Origin: Polyangiaceae bacterium
GTDB lineage: Bacteria; Myxococcota_A; Polyangia; Polyangiales; Polyangiaceae
DNA length: 64,000 nucleotides
Reading direction: 5' to 3'
Assembly (NCBI GenBank): GCA_965222375.1
Contig: CBDCTZ010000016.1
Span: 1,792,001 to 1,856,000 of the forward strand
The position numbers and the translations under genes were made by a program. The notes under the pieces were generated by a model. That model searched no databases. It worked only from the letters and a program-made list of their open reading frames with translations, and was not told where the DNA came from. Below are positions 56,850 through 64,000 of the stretch, in pieces (within the stretch, counting starts at the first letter, position 1; every line of letters begins with the position of its first letter).

Positions 56850-58180
56850 GTCTCGCCGTCGCCCCCGGCTCCCCGCTTACCTTTCGCCATGGTGTGCATC
56901 CTTCGGAGCACAAGCAGGCGACCCATGAGCTGACTATCGAGCGCATGCCCTTCGTCGATGAGTACCTTCTGCCCCTCAATCAGCACATCGGGGCTCCCTG
57001 CAGGCCCACGGTGTCCGTGGGAGAGACGGTGCATCGCGGACAGATCATTGCGGAGCCCGGGGGATTCGTCTCCGTGGCGCTGCATGCTCCAGTGACAGGC
57101 ACCGTCAAGGCTATCGAGCTGCGCCCGCATGCGAACGGCAAGAGGGTGCAGACCATCGTGCTCAGCGCGGACGCCTATTCGAGTCAGAAGATCACACCAC
57201 TGACGGTGCCGGATCCAAGCTCGAGCAGTGCCGGAGACTTGATTGACTGCATTCAGCAAGGGGGGCTCGTCGGGTTGGGCGGAGCGGCCTTCCCGACCCA
57301 CGTCAAGCTGTCCGTGCCCAAGGGCAAGCGTGTCAGCTTCGTGATGCTCAACGGGTGCGAGTGCGAGCCCTACCTGACCTGCGATCACCGAGTGATGAGT
57401 GAACGCTCCGAAGCCGTGAAGCGCGGTCTCGATTTGATCATGCAGCTCACCGGAGCCGAGCGGGGATACATCGGTGTCGAGAACAACAAACCGGATGCGA
57501 TAGCAGCTCTGCAGGCCGCTGCCGCTAGCGACAACGTTCAGGTCGTCGGGTTGCAGGTGAAGTACCCCCAGGGCGCAGAGAAGATGTTGATTGACGCGAT
57601 CCTGAAGAAAGAGGTGCCTAGTGGCGGCCTACCTCTGGATCTGGAGATCGTGGTTCAGAACGTGGGGACTGCTGCAGCGCTCGCCGATCTCTTCGACCGT
57701 GGTCAGCCGTTGATCGAGCGCGCGGTCACCATCACCGGCCCGGGCGTCCGACGCCCCATGAACTTGCTGGTGCCCATTGGCACTCCCGTCGGTGAAGTGA
57801 TCGACCACTGTGGCGGTCTGCTGCCTGACGCCAAGCAAGTCGTGCTCGGGGGGCCCATGATGGGCATGGCACAGAAAGACCTGAACGTGCCGGTCATGAA
57901 AGGCACCAGTGGGATCTTGGTTCTACGCGAGGTTCCGCAGGTATTCGAGGAGGAGCCGTGTATTCGCTGCGGTAGGTGCGTCGAGGCGTGCCCGATGTTC
58001 TTGAATCCGTCGCGCCTGGCGCAGCTCACGCGGGCCGAGCGGACCGAAGAGCTCAAGGAGTTCTTCGTGCTGGATTGCTTCGAGTGCGCGAGCTGTTCCT
58101 TCTCATGTCCCTCACACATCCCGCTCGTGCAACTCATCCGCATGGGCAAGGCGTTGGTGCGCCAGAGGGATGCCCGGTGA
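56846..58180 (+). CDS. rnfC: Rnf subunit C
   Basis: QHIGAP, GLGGAAFPTHVK, NG.ECEPYLT.D, KYPQGAEK, GGPMMG, CIRCGRC...CP and C.EC..C...CP. Confidence 0.95.
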   Translation: MSLAVAPGSPLTFRHGVHPSEHKQATHELTIERMPFVDEYLLPLNQHIGAPCRPTVSVGETVHRGQIIAEPGGFVSVALHAPVTGTVKAIELRPHANGKRVQTIVLSADAYSSQKITPLTVPDPSSSSAGDLIDCIQQGGLVGLGGAAFPTHVKLSVPKGKRVSFVMLNGCECEPYLTCDHRVMSERSEAVKRGLDLIMQLTGAERGYIGVENNKPDAIAALQAAAASDNVQVVGLQVKYPQGAEKMLIDAILKKEVPSGGLPLDLEIVVQNVGTAAALADLFDRGQPLIERAVTITGPGVRRPMNLLVPIGTPVGEVIDHCGGLLPDAKQVVLGGPMMGMAQKDLNVPVMKGTSGILVLREVPQVFEEEPCIRCGRCVEACPMFLNPSRLAQLTRAERTEELKEFFVLDCFECASCSFSCPSHIPLVQLIRMGKALVRQRDAR

Positions 58181-59172
58181 CAAGCCCCGCCCAACAGCTC
58201 TCGATTACGACCGCACCCTTCGTGCACGGCGCGCCCAGCACTCGCTTCGTGATGCTCGAGGTCGTTGCCGCCACTCTGCCGGTGATCGGCGTAGCGACCT
58301 ATTACTTTGGCGTTACGGCCCTGATGCTGGTTGGCGCCTCAGTCGTGGGCGCCGCGGGTACGGAATGGCTCTTGTCCGGCCGTAAAGGTCTGGACACCTT
58401 GCGCGACGGCTCGGGGCTCCTGACCGGGATCCTGCTGGCACTGACCCTACCCCCGGCGATCCCTCTGTGGATGGCGTTCCTGGGCGGCGTCGTCGCCATT
58501 GCCCTAGGCAAGACCATTTGGGGTGGTCTCGGGCGCAACTTGTTCAACCCGGCCCTGGTGGGGCGCGCATTCCTCCAGGCCTCGTTCCCGGTGACGATGA
58601 CCACTTGGGTCGCATCCGGTCGCGGCTTCCTTCACCTGGAGCCCAGCACTCTTGCCGCTCCACTGATGAAGTCGAAAGTCGACGTCGTCACCGCGGCATC
58701 GCCCCTGGGGCTAGCGAAATTCGAGCAGCAGTTCACGGAGCTCAAGCCGCTGTTGCTCGGTAGCGTTTCCGGGTCACTGGGGGAGACCGCGGGCGTCGTG
58801 TTGCTGCTTTGCGGGTTGTGGCTCGCCGCGCGTCGGATCTTCGATTGGAGGCTGACGGTCTCGACGCTGCTCTCGGTGGCTGTTCTGAGTGCGATCTTCT
58901 TCGCGATCGCCCCTGACAAATACCCGAGTCCGCTGTTCATGCTCGCATCGGGTGGGTTGCTGTTTGGGGCGGTGTTCATGGTGACGGATCCCGTCACGAC
59001 GCCCCTCACGCCCAAGGGCGCGTGGATCTTCGGGCTGGGCGTAGGCGTGCTCGTGGTCCTGATCCGGCTGTTCGGTGGGCTGCCCGAGGGAGTGATGTAC
59101 GCCATCTTGCTGATGAATGGCGTGACCCCGCTCATCGACAAGAGGACTCAACCGCGTAGGTTTGGAGGCTGA
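58177..59172 (+). CDS. rnfD: Rnf subunit D
   Basis: GGLG.N.FNPA..GR, GSLGET, FM.TDPVT.P and PEGV.YAILL.N. Confidence 0.95.
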   Translation: MTSPAQQLSITTAPFVHGAPSTRFVMLEVVAATLPVIGVATYYFGVTALMLVGASVVGAAGTEWLLSGRKGLDTLRDGSGLLTGILLALTLPPAIPLWMAFLGGVVAIALGKTIWGGLGRNLFNPALVGRAFLQASFPVTMTTWVASGRGFLHLEPSTLAAPLMKSKVDVVTAASPLGLAKFEQQFTELKPLLLGSVSGSLGETAGVVLLLCGLWLAARRIFDWRLTVSTLLSVAVLSAIFFAIAPDKYPSPLFMLASGGLLFGAVFMVTDPVTTPLTPKGAWIFGLGVGVLVVLIRLFGGLPEGVMYAILLMNGVTPLIDKRTQPRRFGG

Positions 59173-59173
59173 G

Positions 59174-59863
59174 GTGAGCGAGCACAAGGAACCGAGTTCA
59201 GTGCGCCTCGCGGGAAGCCTTGCCATTGCCGGGCTGCTATCCGGGCTGCTCCTCGTGGGTGTCTTTCTCGCGACCAAGCCCCGGATTCAACGCAATCGGG
59301 CCGAGGCACTGCGTGAAGCCATCTACAAGGTCTTGCCGGGCACGACGGACATCGAAGCATTCAAACTCGACGGCCAGGCCCTGGCGCGCTTCGAAGGCGA
59401 TCCCGGAGCGCCGACCAAAGCGACCCTGGTCTACCGCGGGAAGAACGACCAAGGCGGCGCAGTGGGGTGGGCCGTTCCGGCATCTGGGCCGGGGTTCCAA
59501 GACGACATCGTGTTGATCTACGGCTTCGATCCCAAGCGTCGTGCGGTGATCGGGATGGAAGTGCTCGAGAGCCGCGAGACGCCAGGTCTGGGCGACAAGA
59601 TCGCCTTCGACGAACAATTCCGCGCAAACTTCAAGGAGCTACACGTCCATCCCGAGCTGAAGCTCGTCAAGAAGGGAGAAAAGACGGCTCCCAATCAGGT
59701 GGACGCCATCACAGGTGCGACGATCTCCTGTCGAGCGGTCGTCAATATTCTCAGCAAGAGCACTTCCGAGTGGATGCCTCGCCTGGATGCGGTTGGGAAA
59801 GAGACCAGCCAATCTGCCGCGAGCGCCAAATCCTCCAAGACTGCCATGGGCGCGGGTAGGTGA
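59174..59863 (+). CDS. rnfG: Rnf subunit G (FMN-binding)
   Basis: ETPGLG and DAITGATIS flavinylation motif. Confidence 0.93.
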   Translation: MSEHKEPSSVRLAGSLAIAGLLSGLLLVGVFLATKPRIQRNRAEALREAIYKVLPGTTDIEAFKLDGQALARFEGDPGAPTKATLVYRGKNDQGGAVGWAVPASGPGFQDDIVLIYGFDPKRRAVIGMEVLESRETPGLGDKIAFDEQFRANFKELHVHPELKLVKKGEKTAPNQVDAITGATISCRAVVNILSKSTSEWMPRLDAVGKETSQSAASAKSSKTAMGAGR

Positions 59864-59865
59864 GC

Positions 59866-60528
59866 ATGGCGAGCGACACCGACAGAGTTGCCTGGCCTGA
59901 ATTCACCAAAGGACTTTGGCGGGAGAACCCGGTCTTCATTGCCGTGTTGGGTTTGTGTCCGGCGTTAGCCGTAACCAACTCGCTGAAGAACGGACTCGTG
60001 ATGGGGCTCGCCACGATGTTCGTGTTGTTGGGGTCGAGTACGCTGGTTTCCCTACTTCGAAAGGTCATTCCGAAGCCGGTACGCATTTCGACCTACATCA
60101 TCATCATCGCTACGTTCGTGACCACCGTGGACTTCTTGCTTGCGGCGTTGATGCCCGTGGCTCACAAGCAGCTGGGTGCGTTCATCGCGCTCATCGTAGC
60201 CAACTGCATGATCCTCGGGCGCGCAGAAGCTTTTGCCGCCAAGAACCGGGTCGGACTGGCGGTTGCAGACGCCATGGGCATGGCGGGTGGCTTCACCCTC
60301 GCCTTGGCGATGATCGGTGGCATTCGCGAAGTCTTGGGAAGTGGCACGTTGCTTGGCCTGCCGGTCATGGGCAGTCAGTTCGAACCCTGGGCTATCATGG
60401 TGCTGCCGCCTGGCGGGTTCCTGTGCCTCGGCGTACTGCTGACTGCCTTTGCCTGGGTGAAGAAGCGCCGAGAGCGCAAGCTGCGCACGTCCACGGCATC
60501 ATCTGGCATTGAAGGCGAGGTGGCGTGA
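59866..60528 (+). CDS. rnfE: Rnf subunit E
   Basis: ENP...LGLCP.LAVT, LIV.NC..LGRAE.FA, IRE.LG.G and PPGGF. Confidence 0.95.
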   Translation: MASDTDRVAWPEFTKGLWRENPVFIAVLGLCPALAVTNSLKNGLVMGLATMFVLLGSSTLVSLLRKVIPKPVRISTYIIIIATFVTTVDFLLAALMPVAHKQLGAFIALIVANCMILGRAEAFAAKNRVGLAVADAMGMAGGFTLALAMIGGIREVLGSGTLLGLPVMGSQFEPWAIMVLPPGGFLCLGVLLTAFAWVKKRRERKLRTSTASSGIEGEVA

Positions 60529-61115
60529 TGGGCGACGCCGCAGAGCTAGCGTTCATCTTCGCGTCGGCGAGTGTGATCAACAATTTCACCCTGGCCTACT
60601 TCTTGGGCTTGTGCCCCTTCTTCGGAGTAACTAGCCGATTAGACACAGCATTTCGCCTCGGTCTGGCGAACATATTCGTGCTGCTGATCACCTCCTTCGC
60701 GGCTTGGGTGCTCAATAGCTTCGTCCTCGAGCACGCCCCCTACCTTCGCTTGATCAGCTTCATCGTGGTCATTGCCAGCACTGTGCAGTTCGTGGAAATG
60801 GCAACCAAGAAGCTCAGCCCGGCGCTGTTCCGGGCGTTGGGCATCTTTCTGCCACTCATCACGACCAACTGCGCCATCTTGGGTTTGGCGCTGTTTCAAA
60901 CCAGCCGGGGATACGGGCTGGTCCAGGGGCTGGTTTACGCGACTGGGGCCGGGGTCGGGCTCACTCTGGCCCTGGTGATCATGGCAGGCATCCGAGAGGA
61001 AGCGGACATCAATGGTGTGCCGGACCTCGTGCGAGGCACAGCCATGAGCTTCTTCATTGCGGGGATCTTGTCCATGGCTTTCATGGGCTTCGCAGGGTTG
61101 TTCTCCAATGCCTGA
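60525..61115 (+). CDS. rnfA: Rnf subunit A
   Basis: NN..L..FLGLCPF.GV, LGIFLPLITTNCAILG and AF.GF.G. Confidence 0.95.
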   Translation: MMGDAAELAFIFASASVINNFTLAYFLGLCPFFGVTSRLDTAFRLGLANIFVLLITSFAAWVLNSFVLEHAPYLRLISFIVVIASTVQFVEMATKKLSPALFRALGIFLPLITTNCAILGLALFQTSRGYGLVQGLVYATGAGVGLTLALVIMAGIREEADINGVPDLVRGTAMSFFIAGILSMAFMGFAGLFSNA

Positions 61116-61123
61116 GGTGGACC

Positions 61124-61285
61124 ATGACTGAGGTTCTCGCAGTCCTTGGTCTGGCGCTGATGTGTGGCGCGTGGGTGCTGATCCAGCGTCGCGCCGAGCG
61201 AGAGGGTTGCAGTGGCGGTGGCGGATGCGGCGCCTGCGGCGGAGGCAGGTGCACCAAACAAATGGCGGATTCAGAGACTAGTTGA
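61124..61285 (+). CDS. 53-aa membrane-anchored Cys-rich protein (FeoB-associated Cys-rich-like); absent from ORF track
   Basis: MTEVLAVLGLALMCGAWVLIQRRAEREGCSGGGGCGACGGGRCTKQMADSETS; GAGGTGG before the ATG; fills the gap between rnfA and the next gene. Confidence 0.7.
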   Translation: MTEVLAVLGLALMCGAWVLIQRRAEREGCSGGGGCGACGGGRCTKQMADSETS

Positions 61286-61292
61286 GAGAGAC

Positions 61293-61778
61293 ATGCCGCG
61301 TTTCAATGTTGAGGAAATCCTTCAGTTTGCCGTGACCATCGAGCACAACGGCGAGCGCTTCTATCGCGAGGCGGCCGCCCAGCTGGCCGAGCCGCGAGCT
61401 CGGGAGTTGTTCCTGCGATTGGCCCGGGAAGAAGTCGCGCACGAACAGCTGTTCTCGAGGCTGCTGTCGAAGGCAGGGCAGCTCGACGTGGATGTGCGTC
61501 ATAGCGAAGACTACCTGTCCTACCTGCGCGCCTATGTTGATAACGTCGCGTTTCGCCACGACGAGGCCCAGGCGCAACTGGCGAAAGTGATCGACGAACA
61601 AACGGCCATTGCCTTTGCCATGCAGCGCGAACAGGATTCCATCCTCTTCTACACAGAGCTTCGCGAACTGCTGCCTGAGGAAGAGCGCTCCACCATCAAC
61701 GAGATCATCGACGAAGAGCGTTCACACTTTCACGCGCTCGCAGAGCTGCAGAAGAAACGAAAAGTCTCGCCGAGCTGA
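61293..61778 (+). CDS. Rubrerythrin/ferritin-like protein
   Basis: IE..G..FY, EE..H, E..S..FY and EE..H di-iron pattern. Confidence 0.88.
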   Translation: MPRFNVEEILQFAVTIEHNGERFYREAAAQLAEPRARELFLRLAREEVAHEQLFSRLLSKAGQLDVDVRHSEDYLSYLRAYVDNVAFRHDEAQAQLAKVIDEQTAIAFAMQREQDSILFYTELRELLPEEERSTINEIIDEERSHFHALAELQKKRKVSPS

Positions 61779-61863
61779 ACGCCTTCCCCGCTCCAGCAAA
61801 ATCACGTGCTCGCAGGAAACGCGCGCAGAACCATCAATTATCCCGCGCTGCGCAGACTTCGCG

Positions 61864-61898
61864 TTGACGCACGTCAGAGACGGGATGACGCGGATCAA
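61864..61898. promoter_or_regulatory. Tandem FNR/Crp-like boxes
   Basis: TTGAC-GCAC-GTCAG (61864-61877) and ATGAC-GCGG-ATCAA (61885-61898), 21 bp apart. Confidence 0.5.
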
Positions 61899-61949
61899 CG
61901 CCTCGACGAGCGCGCAGTGGCAGAATCAGGAAAGCGAAGGAGGTATGAC

Positions 61950-62192
61950 ATGGCGAAGTCTGCAACAGCCGATCCGATCAGCGTCCTGAAAGCCTCCATC
62001 GCCGCGCTCGAGGAACAGGTTGCCGAGATGAAGGCTGCAACGGACGTACTCGCTGCAGCGCAGGGGCTGCCACCCGTCTACGGAGTCGTGCGGAAAGGGA
62101 CGCCGGGCCCCGAGCCTGTGAACGAGGAGTTGCCCCCCGGCAGCTTCCGACTCGACGTCGGACAGTCGTTCTCATCGGACGCAGAAGACTGA
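61950..62192 (+). CDS. Small hypothetical protein with N-terminal coiled coil
   Basis: Strong RBS AAGGAGGT 5 nt before the ATG; 80 aa. Confidence 0.6.
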   Translation: MAKSATADPISVLKASIAALEEQVAEMKAATDVLAAAQGLPPVYGVVRKGTPGPEPVNEELPPGSFRLDVGQSFSSDAED

Positions 62193-62236
62193 GTCGGCTC
62201 AGGGCGCCCACGACAAGTGGCGACTTGGACTTCGCG

Positions 62237-62811
62237 CTACTGCCGCGAGCGCCATATGGGTTCGAGTAGGCCCGCATCCTGCACTTCGTCGCCCACATGA
62301 TACCGCTCGCGGAGCAACCCTTCGCGGACGAAACCTAGACCGTCGAGCAAGCGTAGGGAGCGTTTGTTGCGAGGGTCCGCATCGGCTTCGACTCGGTGCA
62401 ACTGCAGCGTATCAAAGCAAAACGCGAGCACTGAGCTGACCGCGCGTCGCGCGATGCTCTGCCCCCAGTGCTTGCGAACCCGATCTCACACCGACAGTGG
62501 TTGTGATCGAGCTGAAACACGGTGCATGTCCCCATGACCCGGTCGTCCTGTCGGGCGATGCCCCACTGGAATAGCTGGCGCTGCTCGAACCCAGAATCGA
62601 TCTCTTCCAGCAGTTCGCGAGCCTCGTCTCGGGATGGCATCGCGGTTCGACTCCAATAACGGGCGACTTCCGCATCGCCGAAGATCTCGAACATGGCCGG
62701 CACATCTCGGCTGCTCAAGGCTCGAAGGGTAACGCCACCGGCGTCCAAGGTTGGCAGTCGCGTGCCCCAGTCGTAGTCGCGGACCTTCAATGCGCCTCGC
62801 TTTTGGCTCAT
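62237..62811 (-). pseudogene. RimJ/RimL-type GNAT acetyltransferase, frameshifted
   Basis: The N-half ends at CEIGFA. The continuation KHWGQSIA...HRVEADADPRN..S..LL..LGF..EG.LRE is in another frame, with the junction near 62473. Confidence 0.8.
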
Positions 62812-63890
62812 GCCCTCTGGGGTGACGGGGCGCGGGCTGGACGGAACCCCCTTGCCCAGAAGTAGGCCAAGAGACAGAGCTCCAGGTAGCCGTGAAACAT
62901 AGCCAGACTCAGGTACAAGCCTCGAGTGCGATGCACGTCCCAGAAGGCGCCGATCACCACACTGAGGGCGAGCACAGCGATCAGCGCGACACCAATGGTC
63001 CCGAAATCGCGAAACAAGTCACGCATCGACATACGAAATGTCGTCGTGCCTTGTCCCGCAACGTCTTCCTGGGGCACGAGCAACAGACCCGTGGAGTAGT
63101 GCACTGACTGCAGGAAGACATAGGTCAGGGTGAGCCCCACCGCATGTGCGGGTTGGAGGCCCGGCGCGATCCAGTCCGTAACCGTGAGTAGGTGCAGCCC
63201 GAAGGAACTCACACCGTCACTCGCTTCCGCGACCTGGTAGGTGGCGGTGCTGAAGAGAACCGCCGCAAGGGCTGCGATGATCGCAAGGGGTAGTAGCGCA
63301 CTGCGCAGGCGATTCCGAAAAAGCAAGAGCCACACGCCGATGGCGATCAAGTTGTGGCAGTGCACGAAGGCGAGGCGCACCGAGAGCGGGTGCGCCCAGC
63401 AGGCATAGGCCAACGCTGCCAAGAGTGGCGCGGCTGCTAGCGCGCGGCGTGAATTGCCGGAGCTACGAGCTCCTGCCCACAGGGCGACGCCAACCCAACC
63501 GGTGGCCAGCAGCTGCTCGGTGCGCATGATGCTCTCACCGAAGAAACGCGTCTCTTCCAGCAAGCGCACGCAAATCAGGGCGATACATCCGATCCAAACC
63601 CAGGTCAGCCACAGCCTGGGCAGGCGCCGGCGCAGCACCAGGTAGCGAATGTCCGCTGCAACATGGGCAACGCCCAGCAAAACGGGGCCCAGCACGAAAA
63701 GCAGCATTGGGTACACCGCGACGATTGCGAAGGCGACGAAAGCGTGGGCAATAGCCCATAGCGCCACGCGGCGATCACGTCGGATCAAGATGGCGTGGAG
63801 CGGCGGCAGCGAAAACGCGAATCGCAGAATCGTGCGTCGCGCCACGTCCAGTGGCGCGACGACACGTTGGGCCAGGGCTTCCGCGCTCAC
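62808..63890 (-). CDS. Polytopic membrane protein with conserved His motifs (hypothetical)
   Basis: About 9 TM segments; GVAH...D, HCHN, QSVHY and FHGYLE. Confidence 0.7.
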   Translation of the reverse strand: MSAEALAQRVVAPLDVARRTILRFAFSLPPLHAILIRRDRRVALWAIAHAFVAFAIVAVYPMLLFVLGPVLLGVAHVAADIRYLVLRRRLPRLWLTWVWIGCIALICVRLLEETRFFGESIMRTEQLLATGWVGVALWAGARSSGNSRRALAAAPLLAALAYACWAHPLSVRLAFVHCHNLIAIGVWLLLFRNRLRSALLPLAIIAALAAVLFSTATYQVAEASDGVSSFGLHLLTVTDWIAPGLQPAHAVGLTLTYVFLQSVHYSTGLLLVPQEDVAGQGTTTFRMSMRDLFRDFGTIGVALIAVLALSVVIGAFWDVHRTRGLYLSLAMFHGYLELCLLAYFWARGFRPARAPSPQRA

Positions 63891-63899
63891 GGGGCCGTG

Positions 63900-64000
63900 C
63901 TAACGCCTGCGGCGACCCAAAGCGATGCCCGCCAGGGCTGCTAGAACCAGCGCGGGCGTCGTGCCACCGCTTGGAGTCCGACTCACACTACAGCCACCGT
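63900..64000 (-). CDS. 3' end of MYXO-CTERM-anchored protein (partial)
   Basis: GGCSVSRTPSGGTTPALVLAALAGIALGRRRR*: GGC + TM + basic tail. Confidence 0.85.
   Translation of the reverse strand, partial: GGCSVSRTPSGGTTPALVLAALAGIALGRRRR

Overview
GC-rich bacterial chromosomal window, most likely Myxococcota (Polyangia-like). The assignment rests on a MYXO-CTERM tail at the right edge, an AgmX/PglI-like C-terminal domain, a kinase-AAA-TPR protein and many Cys-rich lipoproteins. The first ~44 kb is a mix of housekeeping and accessory genes: Sel1-repeat protein, SDR, cation-chloride cotransporter, soluble transhydrogenase, YtrA/ABC operon, M3 peptidase, UppS, a two-component pair, Uma2, a four-helix-bundle gene and DUF1800/DUF1501. 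Four genes look broken, and there are two families of dispersed intergenic repeats. The standout is a ~17.5 kb co-oriented redox cluster (44305-61778): hemerythrin, an intact KorAB-type 2-oxoacid oxidoreductase, two giant PFOR-like proteins that have lost their catalytic TPP/substrate motifs but keep ferredoxin motifs, a complete rnfB-C-D-G-E-A set interleaved with them, a 53-aa Cys-rich membrane protein and a rubrerythrin-like protein. FNR-like boxes flank the cluster. Second highlight: a secreted, strongly cationic protein whose 18 Cys are spaced symmetrically around a central turn, predicting a very long disulfide-laddered beta-hairpin. No rRNA, tRNA, CRISPR array or transposase was recognised. 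All calls come from reading motifs by eye; no database searches were run.
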